Source: an uncultured Clostridia bacterium (GTDB lineage: Bacteria; Bacillota; Clostridia; Christensenellales; Pumilibacteraceae). From it: 64,000 bases of DNA. The position numbers were made by a program, and so were the translations under genes. Below are positions 1-9,134 of this stretch, one piece after another (within the stretch, counting starts at the first letter, position 1; every line of letters starts with the position of its first letter). The stretch is taken from NCBI GenBank assembly GCA_944363615.1, contig CALVUQ010000001.1, positions 44,691-108,690 on the forward strand, written 5' to 3'. The notes under the pieces were generated by a model that made no database searches, had not been told where the DNA came from, and was given only the letters and a program-made list of their open reading frames with translations.

Positions 1-357
1 AAAGGATACACTCAGTTTTTCGTGTTCGACTTTTTCAAAGCCGCTGTCGAACTGGAGCGCGAGCCCTTTATCGGCACGGGTGAAACCTTCAGCCTTAAAA
101 TCAAGCTTTACGACTCGGGCATGATAAGAAGTCAGCAATGGGTGAACGGCGACGTCTACGTAAGCGCGGGATTAACCGTGGAAAGCGGCGCGCATTTCTC
201 CCTGCCCCTGCACAATTCCTATAAATTCAAATCAGAACACACCGTAATCTTACGCGCCGACAATCTCGTAAATCCGGTAAACAACGTGCTGATTGATCTT
301 GAAATCAACGGCCGTCACAGCTACGGAACAGCCAAAATCAAACTTATTTCCAAGTAA
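1..357 (+). CDS. 3' end of an unidentified protein (ORF open at the left window edge)
   Basis: Frame 1 is open from base 1 to the TAA at 355-357. A terminator hairpin follows. I recognise no family in the 118 C-terminal residues. Confidence 0.4.
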   Translation, partial: KGYTQFFVFDFFKAAVELEREPFIGTGETFSLKIKLYDSGMIRSQQWVNGDVYVSAGLTVESGAHFSLPLHNSYKFKSEHTVILRADNLVNPVNNVLIDLEINGRHSYGTAKIKLISK

Positions 358-375
358 CGGAACTTTAACGAAAAC

Positions 376-412
376 AAAAACCGCGCCTTTAATAAAAGAC
401 GCGGTTTTTTCT
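376..412 (+). terminator. rho-independent terminator
   Basis: Stem aaaaaccgcg / cgcggttttt with a 14-nt loop, followed by a T-run. Confidence 0.7.
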
Positions 413-714
413 TGCGAAATACAGCGCAAATTTATATCCTTGCGCGTTTTTGTTTCAAGACAGAAACCTACCGATTTATAAATCATTTTCAAAGCACGAC
501 AAAAATGCTTAATCGCTTGAATAAAGCAAAAAAAACAGCCGATTAAAAACGCACCGCCTGATTTGTCCGCAAAATTTTTACAGAAAAAACCGCTCCGATT
601 AAGCCGCGCGCAGAAAAAAACATCAGCTTATTTTACGCGGTTTCAAAGCTATAAGAATAAGGATAAATTAAAATTCAATACGTCCTTTCATTTTCGGACT
701 ATAAGAAAATAAGG

Positions 715-918
715 CTATTCAAGTCCCGCAAGATAATCTATCGTGACGCCGAAAAACGTCGCCAGCCTTACAAGATTGCCCAAAGTAGGCTCGCATTTAT
801 CCGTTTCCCAAAGGCTTATGACGGACTTACCCACCCCTATCGCGTTGGCAAGCGCAATCTGCCCCATGCCTTTTTCCTGTCGCAATTCCTTTAATCTTTC
901 CCCGAAACTTGTCTTCAT
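715..918 (-). CDS. XRE-family helix-turn-helix transcriptional regulator (67 aa)
   Basis: MKTSFGERLKELRQEKGMGQIALANAIGVGKSVISLWETDK is a typical Cro/C1 HTH. I use the internal ATG at 918; the 41-aa N-terminal extension in the ORF track has no HTH-family character. Confidence 0.8.
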   Translation of the reverse strand: MKTSFGERLKELRQEKGMGQIALANAIGVGKSVISLWETDKCEPTLGNLVRLATFFGVTIDYLAGLE

Positions 919-999
919 ATCTATATTTTCCCACAAAAATGGGAAAATAACTTTACTTCCCAGTATATTGGGAATATAATAACAACGGAGGGGACGTCC

Positions 1000-1284
1000 A
1001 TGTATTGTAAATATTGCGGCGCAAAGCTTAAGGACGAGCACGCCGACTGCCCGAAATGCGGCAAAAACAACCGATTAAACAGTAGCGACGACGCAAAGGA
1101 TTTCAGGTTTGCGCTGCTGGGTTTTTTAGTGCCGATCGCGGGGCTTGTGCTTTACCTTGTGTGGAAAAAGGATTTCCCCATGCGGTCATCCTCCTGCATC
1201 AGGGGCACGGCAGCCGGGGCTTTGTTATACGTCTGTCTGCCCGTCTTTATTATACTGTCTTTTGTTTTCGGCGCGGCATATTAA
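1000..1284 (+). CDS. zinc-ribbon domain membrane protein
   Basis: N-terminal CxxC-x10-CxxC (YCKYCG...CPKCG) followed by two hydrophobic segments. Strong SD ggagggg lies 6 nt upstream. Divergent from the HTH gene. Confidence 0.65.
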   Translation: MYCKYCGAKLKDEHADCPKCGKNNRLNSSDDAKDFRFALLGFLVPIAGLVLYLVWKKDFPMRSSSCIRGTAAGALLYVCLPVFIILSFVFGAAY

Positions 1285-1337
1285 AGTTTAAAATTTTCGC
1301 GTAATTTATTGAATTTTTTCGTCTTTAATCAAAATCG

Positions 1338-1378
1338 ATCCGCATTCTTAACGATAAAACGCGGATTTTTCTTTTTTA
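1338..1378 (+). terminator. probable rho-independent terminator
   Basis: Stem atccgc / gcggat followed by tttttctttttt. Confidence 0.5.
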
Positions 1379-1392
1379 AGAACAATACTCTG

Positions 1393-1421
1393 TTGATTTT
1401 CGCGCAAAAATAAGATATAAT
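1393..1421 (+). promoter_or_regulatory. sigma-A type promoter upstream of ade
   Basis: TTGATT, 17-nt spacer, TATAAT. Confidence 0.6.
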
Positions 1422-1464
1422 AACAAAAATAAGACCTTACAAAAAAGCAAAGGCGGTGAAAATC

Positions 1465-3186
1465 ATGGAAACTCTTGAAGAAAGAATCAAAAGAAAACTT
1501 CATAAAAAACAGACCTTGATAAAAGTCGCGCGCGGCCAGGAAAAAGCGGACGTTGCGATAAAAAACGCCAGATACCTTAACGTCTTTTCCTCCACCTGGG
1601 AGGAAGGCGACATCGCCGTATCGGGCGGACTTATCGCGGGCATAGGCGGAAAATACGAAGGACGCCGCGAAATCGACGCACGCGGACGATACGTCATACC
1701 CGGGCTTATCGACGCGCACATTCACCTTGAAAGCGCGATAGTAGCGCCCCCCGAATTCGCGCGGATAGCCCTTCGCCACGGCACGACGACCGTCGTCACA
1801 GACCCGCACGAAATCGCAAACGTCATGGGCGCAGACGGAATACGTTACATGCTGGAAGCAACGGAGAACATCGGACTTGACGTAATGTTTATGCTTCCCT
1901 CCTGCGTGCCCGCCACCCCTATGGACGAAAACGCCGTCCCGCTGTCCTACAAGGATATTGACGAATTTTACTGCCACCCGCGCGTACTGGGTCTTGCGGA
2001 AATGATGAACTACGTGGGCGTAATTAACGGCGACGAAGACGTGATAGACAAGATTCTGGCCGCTCAAAGTCATCACAAAAAGATAGACGGTCACGCTCCC
2101 GCCCTTTCGGGAAGGGACCTTGACGCTTACGTTGCGGCGGGTGTTTATTCCGACCACGAATGCGACACGCTGGAAAACGCGCTGGAAAAGCTGAAAAAGG
2201 GCCAGTTCATCATGATTCGCGAGGGCACTGCCGCCAAAAACCTTAAAGCACTTATGCCGCTTGTTTCAAGAGAGCTTTACTCGCGCTGCATGTTTGCGAC
2301 GGACGACAAACACCCCTACGACCTTTTGAATATGGGGCATATCGACTACATCGTGCGCGAATGTCTTAAAGCAGGCTGCGACCCCATTATCACGCTTAAA
2401 ACCGCGACTCACAACGCCGCGCGTTACTTCCTCATGAACAACAAGGGCGCAATTGCGGGCGGATACGTTGCCGACCTTGTAATCCTTGACGATCTTGACG
2501 AATTCGAAATCGGCGAAGTAATCAAGCGCGGCGAAACGGTTTACGTAAAGGGCGGCGACGTCGTCAAACGCGAGCCTTATATAAGCAAACCCCTTATAGA
2601 CAAGGCTCTTTCCTCCATGCATTGCAAACCCGTCAAAGCGGAGAACTTTGCCTGCGGGAAAAAATCTGTGATCGGGCTTATCCCCGGGGAAATTGTCACC
2701 ACTGACTGCGGACACGCGGACAAAATCAGCGTGAAAAACGACATACTTAAAGTCGCCGTCATAGAGCGTCATCACGACACTGGTCATATAGGGCTGGGGT
2801 ACATTAAAGGCTACGGGCTTAAAAAAGGCGCGGTTGCCACTTCGGTTGCGCACGACTCTCACAACATAATAGCCGTAGGCGTATCCGACGAAGACATCGC
2901 GCGCGCTGTGAACAGCGTTATCGCGGCGGGCGGCGGAATTTTCGTGACCGACGGCGAAAAAACGGAAGGCCTGAAGATGAAAATTGCGGGAATCATGAGC
3001 GAAGACGACATGGAAACCGTCAACGAACAGCTGGAAAACGCCAAAAAATTCGCCTACTCTCTCGGTGTCAGCAAGAATATAGACCCATTTATGACGCTGT
3101 CCTTTCTAAGCCTGCCCGTAATTCCCAAAGTCAAAATCACCACCATGGGCGTTTTCGACGTGGAAAAATGGCAATATAAAGACTGA
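1465..3186 (+). CDS. ade: adenine deaminase
   Basis: About 570 aa amidohydrolase with GLIDAHIHLES and the TDPHEIANV motif typical of adenine deaminase. ATG at 1465 sits 9 nt after aaggcgg; the GTG at 1456 is also in frame. Confidence 0.9.
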   Translation: METLEERIKRKLHKKQTLIKVARGQEKADVAIKNARYLNVFSSTWEEGDIAVSGGLIAGIGGKYEGRREIDARGRYVIPGLIDAHIHLESAIVAPPEFARIALRHGTTTVVTDPHEIANVMGADGIRYMLEATENIGLDVMFMLPSCVPATPMDENAVPLSYKDIDEFYCHPRVLGLAEMMNYVGVINGDEDVIDKILAAQSHHKKIDGHAPALSGRDLDAYVAAGVYSDHECDTLENALEKLKKGQFIMIREGTAAKNLKALMPLVSRELYSRCMFATDDKHPYDLLNMGHIDYIVRECLKAGCDPIITLKTATHNAARYFLMNNKGAIAGGYVADLVILDDLDEFEIGEVIKRGETVYVKGGDVVKREPYISKPLIDKALSSMHCKPVKAENFACGKKSVIGLIPGEIVTTDCGHADKISVKNDILKVAVIERHHDTGHIGLGYIKGYGLKKGAVATSVAHDSHNIIAVGVSDEDIARAVNSVIAAGGGIFVTDGEKTEGLKMKIAGIMSEDDMETVNEQLENAKKFAYSLGVSKNIDPFMTLSFLSLPVIPKVKITTMGVFDVEKWQYKD

Positions 3187-3352
3187 CCGTCTTCCGAAAT
3201 CCGTAACATATTAATTGACAGCGGAAAAATTATTTTTAAGCTTATTCATATCGAATATGATTTTACGGTAAAACTTAAGGAAGCCGTCGGAAATCTCCAA
3301 AAACAATCGAAAATCACAACGGGTTAAAATGCGCATATTTACAGTCGTAAGC

Positions 3353-3385
3353 AAAAAGCCGCTTAAACAGCGGCTTTTTTGTTTG
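3353..3385 (+). terminator. rho-independent terminator
   Basis: Stem agccgct / agcggct, loop taaac, then a T6 run. Lies 170 nt after the ade stop. Confidence 0.7.
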
Positions 3386-3549
3386 TATTTATCTTAATCT
3401 GACTTATCGGGATTAACCCTTGTCTTTGTCCCCGACAAATACTGACGACGGATAAAAGCAATATAAATCGTCCCCTTCCTCACAGGCGAAAATCTTCCGA
3501 AAAAACTATCCGCAGATCAGTTTCAGAAAAAACTTACATTAAAGCGGAA

Positions 3550-3580
3550 TGATAAACGGATTTATCGGAAAATCCGATTT
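3550..3580 (-). terminator. possible terminator of the SPFH operon
   Basis: Stem cggattt / aaatccg (7 bp, 6-nt loop) followed by tttatc on the minus strand. Confidence 0.4.
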
Positions 3581-3646
3581 AACGGACATGCCTAATCTGC
3601 GGTAAGCAAGATTATTATCCGCGAAGAATCGATTTAGCGCAAAAAT

Positions 3647-4099
3647 TCAGTCCTCTTTTTTCTCTTCTTCGGCTTTCTTTTCTTCTTCGGCCTTGCGCTG
3701 ATAGTAATTTTTGTATCCGACGTTCTGGTTGTCGCCCTGATCCCATTTTTTGCCCCCCACCGCCATAAAGCCGAGCAGCAACGCAACGGTTACCACAACT
3801 GCGATAATGGGCATCACGAGTTTTCCGGGAAGAGCGATTTCACCGATGAGGGCAAACAAGGCGACGATAAGCAGCCCTGCGCCGAAGTAGATATAAAGTT
3901 TTTTAACGGGGCCCGCCGTTGACGAAAACAAACCGCGGAGAATAAACATTACGCCGAAAACGCCCGCAATAATCGTAATCGCCCAGCCCAGCGAGAACCA
4001 TCCGAAAGTATCCTCGACAAGCAGCGACAAAAGCCACAAAACCGCCGCGGCTACCGCGACCAGGCCAAGCACGAATTTAAACAGAAAATTTTTACTCAT
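3647..4099 (-). CDS. polytopic membrane protein with lysine/glutamate-rich C-terminal tail
   Basis: About four hydrophobic helices, tail KAEEEKKAEEEKKED. SD aaaggag. Fourth gene of a tightly packed operon. Confidence 0.6.
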   Translation of the reverse strand: MSKNFLFKFVLGLVAVAAAVLWLLSLLVEDTFGWFSLGWAITIIAGVFGVMFILRGLFSSTAGPVKKLYIYFGAGLLIVALFALIGEIALPGKLVMPIIAVVVTVALLLGFMAVGGKKWDQGDNQNVGYKNYYQRKAEEEKKAEEEKKED

Positions 4100-4119
4100 T
4101 ATAAAAAGCTCCTTTAATA

Positions 4120-4542
4120 TTATCTCAGCACCACGGTATGTGAAACCGCGGTAACCTCGTCCCCCTCGGCGATGACTATGCTGTCGCCGTGTTTATACTC
4201 TCTTACGAACCCGCCAGCGCGGATGTTGAAGCTGTCCGCCCCGTCGGACGCCGACAGAACGGTGTATTTGCCGGGCATAAGGAATCCGTTTTTTTCGGCT
4301 TTATAAGTCTTTCCCGCCTTAAGGACGACGTCGCCCTCGTTGTGGGTTACGTTTACTTCGCCGCCCGAGGTGATTTTATCGCTTTCGGTGTAGCGTACGC
4401 CGTCTACCACGTTGACTTTGCCCGCCTTGTCGGAGTCGGTCTTACCCTTGTTTTTCTTTCTTAACGCCACCACCGCGGCCGCAATCAGAACGACGACCAG
4501 AACGGCGATGATTACGATAAGAGCAATCTGATTAGGTTCCAT
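4120..4542 (-). CDS. single-pass membrane protein with beta-rich soluble domain
   Basis: N-terminal TM helix (IALIVIIAVLVVVLIAAAVVAL) followed by RKKNKGK. SD ggagg. Gap of 17 nt to the upstream gene. Confidence 0.6.
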   Translation of the reverse strand: MEPNQIALIVIIAVLVVVLIAAAVVALRKKNKGKTDSDKAGKVNVVDGVRYTESDKITSGGEVNVTHNEGDVVLKAGKTYKAEKNGFLMPGKYTVLSASDGADSFNIRAGGFVREYKHGDSIVIAEGDEVTAVSHTVVLR

Positions 4543-4559
4543 AGTACAATCCTCCTTGA

Positions 4560-5684
4560 TTATCCGCCGAAAAACGAATACAAAAAGCCCAGGGCGGAAA
4601 CGACCGCCAATCCTACGACAACGGTTATGAACACTTTAAGAGGCGATACGGGAGTCTTGCCCGTAACTTTTCCGTTAAATCCGTTGACGAAGAAATTGTA
4701 AAGTTTTTTGCGCCAGTTGCAGTGACCCACGTAGATGGGCAAAAGCAGATATTTATAAGTAATGTTGTTGCATTCGGTGGAAACGTTAAAAGAAGACACC
4801 ACGTCGTAAGTATATTGACTCAGTATGGCGGAGCGCAATTTCTGACGGATAAGAACTTTTGCCTCCTCCCAGCAGGAAATGCCGTCTTTCGTGTACTGGC
4901 TGGCGGTAAAACCGCTTAAAAACTCCTGAGCGTATTCGTTGCTGTCGTTGGTGTTGAAAGGCTGAAGCTTGTTAAGCGACTTCTGGTTGATAATCGTGGA
5001 CGCCTGTATAAGCACGTCGTCGAAAAACATGGAGTAATCGCCGCTGACGTTGAAGTATTTTATGTAACGCTCCTGCACAGTCTTGCCGTTGACGCGTCTT
5101 GTGCGGTAGTAATACTTTCCCAGCACGCCGTTGTAGCGCGAAAACGTTGCCGTATCAAAAGAGAACGCAGGGTTATAAACCCCTTTCACGTCTTCGGGAG
5201 TAACGCTTTTTTTGAATTTTTTCGGGGCGAACAGCTTTTTCCTGGCCCACTTTTTCACTATACCGCAGGCGTCGTCCTTGCTGAGTTTAAACGGGACAAT
5301 GGCATTGGGTTTTATGCCGGAAAGCTCGTCTGTTTCCACGATGTTGGTCGTGCCGCAGAATGAACACGTCTTGGCAAACTCGTTTTTGTCGAGAACTTCT
5401 TTCGCGCCGCAGTTTTCGCAACGGAAAACGTGCGTTTCGTCCGCCCATGTATTGTTTTCTTTAAGCAGCCGCTCGAAAGCCATTTCTTCGCTGCTTTTGG
5501 AGTGAATTTCCTGTTTGGTGCCGCAATGTTCGCAATACAGACAGTTTTCGCCGGGCAGATACACCATGTTTGCACCGCAAGCGGGACATTTCGTAACGGC
5601 GGTGTCGTTTTTCACTTCCGAAAAGCCTTCGGCCTCAAAAGGGTTTTCATCCTCGAAAGGATTGATTTTATTTTCTTGTTCCAT
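4560..5684 (-). CDS. double zinc-ribbon protein with C-terminal TM anchor (YdjG-like)
   Basis: Two CxxC...CxxC ribbons (CPACG..CEHCG; CENCG..CSFCG), an LLPIYV..VNGFNGKVTGKTP motif and a C-terminal hydrophobic helix. SD aaggaag. Confidence 0.7.
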   Translation of the reverse strand: MEQENKINPFEDENPFEAEGFSEVKNDTAVTKCPACGANMVYLPGENCLYCEHCGTKQEIHSKSSEEMAFERLLKENNTWADETHVFRCENCGAKEVLDKNEFAKTCSFCGTTNIVETDELSGIKPNAIVPFKLSKDDACGIVKKWARKKLFAPKKFKKSVTPEDVKGVYNPAFSFDTATFSRYNGVLGKYYYRTRRVNGKTVQERYIKYFNVSGDYSMFFDDVLIQASTIINQKSLNKLQPFNTNDSNEYAQEFLSGFTASQYTKDGISCWEEAKVLIRQKLRSAILSQYTYDVVSSFNVSTECNNITYKYLLLPIYVGHCNWRKKLYNFFVNGFNGKVTGKTPVSPLKVFITVVVGLAVVSALGFLYSFFGG

Positions 5685-5727
5685 ATCTTCCTTTACCGTA
5701 TTCAGTGTGGTATTGTCGGGCTGAAAT

Positions 5728-6825
5728 TTATAACTTTTCGCCGCATTCGGGACAGAATTTTGCGCCTTTTTTGACCGTTGCGCCGCATTTGGGGCAAGTC
5801 AAAGAAAGTTTTTGTCCGCATTCGGGGCAGAATTTTGCGCCTTTTTTGACCGCCGCGCCGCATTTGGGGCAGGTTTCGCCCATCGGTGCGCCGCATTCGG
5901 GACAGAACTTGGCCTTTGTGCTTACCTTAGCGCCGCATTTGGGACAGGTCGCCTTTTCCTCGTTAGTGCGGTTTGCCACATTGGCGGCGGCGTTGCTTGC
6001 GTACATTCCGCCGAACATGTTGCCCATGCCGAAGCCCATGCCCGCGCCCATGGCGGCGCCCGCCATACCGGGATTCTTAGCCGCCTCCTTAAGCGCGTCC
6101 GCCTGAGCCATGGCCATATAAGCGTCCATGTTGCCGCGCATCATGCCCAAAGAAGTGTTTTTATCCAAAGCTTCTTCAAGTTCCTTGGGCATGGAGAAGT
6201 TTTCGAATACGAATTTAGTAAGTTCCAGCCCCATGTTCTTGAAAGTGGGTTGCATGGAATTTTTGACAATTTCGCCCAGTTCCAGAAGGTTGCCCGCCAT
6301 GTCGAGAATGGGTATTTTGCTTTCCCCTATCGCGTCGGAAATGCCCGTAACCACTATGCTTTTAAGGTAATCCGTGATATCCTGGGTTTTGAAAGAAGAA
6401 TTGGTGCCCGAAAGCTCCTGCAAAAAGACGTAAGGATCCGCCACGCGGAAAGAATAATTGCCGTAACCGCGCACCCTTACAGCGCCGTAATCCTTGTCGC
6501 GGATAATGATGGGATTGGCGGTACCCCACTTCATGCCGGTAAACTGCTTGGTACTGACGAAATAGACGTCCGAACGGAAAGGATTTTCAAAACCGTACTT
6601 CCAGGACATAAGCTTGGTAAGCACGGGAATGGAATCCGTGTCCAGTTTATAGAATCCTGGAAGAAAAACGTCTGCCATTTTACCCTTATGCGCAAAAACC
6701 GCCGCCTGGGAATCCCTGACGGTAAGCACGGAACCCTTGCTTATATAATCGTTTTTCATGTCCACTTTGTAGACAATGGTGTTTTTGCTGTCATCGGTCC
6801 ACTCAATGTTTTTCAGAAGCCCCAT
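5728..6825 (-). CDS. SPFH/band-7 family protein with three C-terminal zinc ribbons (YdjI / COG4260-like)
   Basis: The N-terminal 290 aa resemble the SPFH virion-core-like family (GSVLTVRDSQAAVF..GFYKLDT..). The C-terminus carries 3x CPKCGA-x8-KFCPECG. Confidence 0.8.
   Translation of the reverse strand: MGLLKNIEWTDDSKNTIVYKVDMKNDYISKGSVLTVRDSQAAVFAHKGKMADVFLPGFYKLDTDSIPVLTKLMSWKYGFENPFRSDVYFVSTKQFTGMKWGTANPIIIRDKDYGAVRVRGYGNYSFRVADPYVFLQELSGTNSSFKTQDITDYLKSIVVTGISDAIGESKIPILDMAGNLLELGEIVKNSMQPTFKNMGLELTKFVFENFSMPKELEEALDKNTSLGMMRGNMDAYMAMAQADALKEAAKNPGMAGAAMGAGMGFGMGNMFGGMYASNAAANVANRTNEEKATCPKCGAKVSTKAKFCPECGAPMGETCPKCGAAVKKGAKFCPECGQKLSLTCPKCGATVKKGAKFCPECGEKL
5741..5960 (-). repeat. three tandem ~70-nt coding repeats (zinc-ribbon modules)
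   Basis: The unit ccgcattcgggacagaattttgcgcctttt..gcgccgcatttgggg occurs three times in frame. Confidence 0.8.
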
Positions 6826-6855
6826 TATTCAAACCTCGCTTAGATAATTTTCTTT

Positions 6856-6884
6856 ATTATACTATAAAATATTTCTTAAGTCAA
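6856..6884 (-). promoter_or_regulatory. sigma-A type promoter of the SPFH operon
   Basis: Minus strand reads TTGACT, 17-nt spacer, TATAAT, ending 30 nt upstream of the start codon. Confidence 0.65.
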
Positions 6885-6935
6885 TATCGTAAAAATTAGA
6901 AAAACATTAAATATTTGCCGCCGCTTGCGTTACAG

Positions 6936-6964
6936 TTGATAAATCGCCGGAAATATGATAATAT
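6936..6964 (+). promoter_or_regulatory. sigma-A type promoter upstream of the GNAT gene
   Basis: TTGATA, 17-nt spacer, TAATAT. Confidence 0.45.
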
Positions 6965-6993
6965 TCTGTTAAGTTGCTTAATAGGAGGCAAAA

Positions 6994-7548
6994 ATGAATC
7001 CAACTTTAAAATTCGTAACGCTTAAAGAAGACAAGCGCGTTTTCAAGGACTTCAGAAAACTGTACAAAACCGCGTTCCCCAAAGAAGAGCGCGTGCCGTT
7101 AGGCCCCGTAAAAGCCAAAGCGCTTACCGAAAACTCCGATATCGTTTGCGCTTACGAAAAAGACGAATTCATAGGTATTCTGTCCCTTGTTTACCGCCAT
7201 GATGTGGTTTACGTATTCTATTTTGCCGTAACGGATAAAAAACGAGGTGGCGGATACGGCGGCGCAATCCTGCAAAAGCTTAAAGACGATTTACCGCATA
7301 AGAAAATCGGGCTTAACATCGAAATAACCGACGGCGAAAGCCTGAATAAAGCGCAAAGAATCAGAAGAAAGAATTTTTACCTTAAAAACGGGTTTTGCGA
7401 ATGCGGCTTCAAAATGAAAGAAAGAGGCGTTTTGTACGAAACCCTTTCCTTCGGCGGACCTTTTACCCGCGAAGAATTTCAGGACCTCATGAAAAATTAC
7501 TTCGGCCAAAAAATCTACGAAAAATATTACGAATTTCCCGAAGATTAA
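6994..7548 (+). CDS. GNAT family N-acetyltransferase
   Basis: Acetyl-CoA binding motif KKRGGGYGGAILQKL. SD aggagg. Confidence 0.8.
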   Translation: MNPTLKFVTLKEDKRVFKDFRKLYKTAFPKEERVPLGPVKAKALTENSDIVCAYEKDEFIGILSLVYRHDVVYVFYFAVTDKKRGGGYGGAILQKLKDDLPHKKIGLNIEITDGESLNKAQRIRRKNFYLKNGFCECGFKMKERGVLYETLSFGGPFTREEFQDLMKNYFGQKIYEKYYEFPED

Positions 7549-7861
7549 AGCTTATATCCCTGCCAATCCGCTTATCGGACTGATAATTGTCCCCGAAATG
7601 ACTGCCGCTGTAAAAGCTTTTTAAAGCAGCGCGCAAAATAAAGCCGCAATAATAAATCGCTTTCGTTTGTCTTTGATGCGCGCTTTATCCCATATAAAGT
7701 CCCCGAACCCTTATAAAATATAAAAATCCGTCCCGTTTTTCACGGCGGCGGATTTTATTTTGTTCGGATTAAACCGTAAGTTTATGCCCTATTCGGATTA
7801 CCCCCTGCTTAAGGTAAAACCCAAGCCTTGACTTGTCTTAAGGCCGATAAAACAAAACACG

Positions 7862-8785
7862 TTACACTTTGTCTTTGTACCTTTCGGCGGTGATTTTTAT
7901 GCCGTCGATTTTAAGCTTTGCTATCCTGGCAGTGCGATAATCCCGTTTGCCGTCGTTTACGCCCCAGTCTCTGCCGTGATAGACGGCGTACCATTCGCCC
8001 TTGTATTTTATTACGCTGTTATGGCCCGTGCCCTCCTCCCACTCGTTTTTGGAGATAAGCGGAAGATAAACGTCGTCTGAAGGATACTTTTGAAATCTGA
8101 CTTTCGTAAGGTCGCTTTCGCTTGTTTCGGCATAAGCATAGCCTACGTAATAATACTCGCTTTCAAAGCAGTTGCCGCTGTACATTACGAAACGGCGGTC
8201 ACCCTCGCTGAAATAAAACGCGCCTTCCAGAGTGTGCCAGTGCTGTCCCTTTTTAAATCTGTCGCGCTTGAAAATTTCCTCGTCGAGAGTGGGTCTTACC
8301 ACGGCGACGGGTTTACCCTCGGGCGTAAACGGATCCAGCATTCTGTCGACAACTATATAAGTGCCCGCGCGCACGGCGTCGTAGTCGTTTACCGAATAAA
8401 ACAGGAAAAGACCTTTTTCCGTCTTAACAATGTGCGAATCTATGGAAAACGGCGGCAAAATCTGCTTGGGATTCTTAAACGGGCCTTCCGCGGCGTCCGA
8501 CGTAAGCACGAACATGGCCTGCCGATGTGAATCGGACGTTTCCTTTTCCATACAAGAAACATACATGTAAAATCTGCCGTCAAGTTCTATTACGGACGGC
8601 GCCCAGAAATCTTTTCTTCCCTCCACCGTGGCGCAAACGCCCAGACTTTCCCACGGCCCGAACAGGTCGGGGGCGCGATAAAGTTCCACCCCTTCGCCGC
8701 CCGTGGCGTAAACGTAAAACTTTCCTCCGCTTTCGATGATATACGGATCCGCCTGACTTTTTCCCGGTATGTCGATAAGTTTCAT
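7862..8785 (-). CDS. glycoside hydrolase family 43 protein
   Basis: DPYIIESGGKFYVY, FWAPSVIELDGRFYMY and GHNSV are five-bladed propeller GH43 signatures. SD aggag. Confidence 0.8.
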   Translation of the reverse strand: MKLIDIPGKSQADPYIIESGGKFYVYATGGEGVELYRAPDLFGPWESLGVCATVEGRKDFWAPSVIELDGRFYMYVSCMEKETSDSHRQAMFVLTSDAAEGPFKNPKQILPPFSIDSHIVKTEKGLFLFYSVNDYDAVRAGTYIVVDRMLDPFTPEGKPVAVVRPTLDEEIFKRDRFKKGQHWHTLEGAFYFSEGDRRFVMYSGNCFESEYYYVGYAYAETSESDLTKVRFQKYPSDDVYLPLISKNEWEEGTGHNSVIKYKGEWYAVYHGRDWGVNDGKRDYRTARIAKLKIDGIKITAERYKDKV

Positions 8786-9069
8786 GATTTTCTCCTGTTG
8801 ACAAAATGGCTTTTTCGCTGAAATTTTTGTTTTCTTTCAGATAATTTTACAATTGTAAGGCGTTTTTGTCAAACGAATCGTAGTGCGGCGGATTTTTATC
8901 CCGATTAAGTTTTTACGTCGCGCTTAAATCGCTTTTTAATCGGGTGCGGCTTTTTGCGCTTTTCGTTTATCTTGTTGCGATATTTATCGCGAATTTTTCG
9001 CTTAAGCTTGGACTCAGGCGGACGCGTAAAATTATGTCGCAATATCGGGGCAAAAAGAGTCGGATTTTG

Positions 9070-9098
9070 TCATATAAGCGCCCTTTAGAACATAGTAA
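9070..9098 (+). promoter_or_regulatory. sigma-E-like sporulation promoter candidate upstream of spoIIID
   Basis: TCATATA, 14-nt spacer, CATAGTAA, compared with my recollection of the B. subtilis sigma-E consensus (kmATATT, 14 nt, CATACAmT). The -10 match is partial (5 of 8). Confidence 0.3.
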
Positions 9099-9134
9099 TA
9101 AATTGCATAGATTACTTAATAAGGGAAGCGTATC

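Noticed and set aside
1285-1464. Possible purine riboswitch upstream of adenine deaminase.
   Set aside because: The region contains only a terminator hairpin and a sigma-A promoter about 40 nt from the start codon. It has no three-way-junction sequence resembling the purine aptamer core.
5812-6843. 343-aa plus-strand ORF antisense to the SPFH gene. Similar long antisense ORFs occur at 1348-2157, 14236-15504, 21829-22740, 27138-27863, 28035-28811, 17630-18571 and 60551-61612.
   Set aside because: Each lies opposite a gene with clear family motifs. They have low-complexity V/G/F/R/H-rich translations, no Shine-Dalgarno sequence and no recognisable domains. They are typical shadow ORFs.
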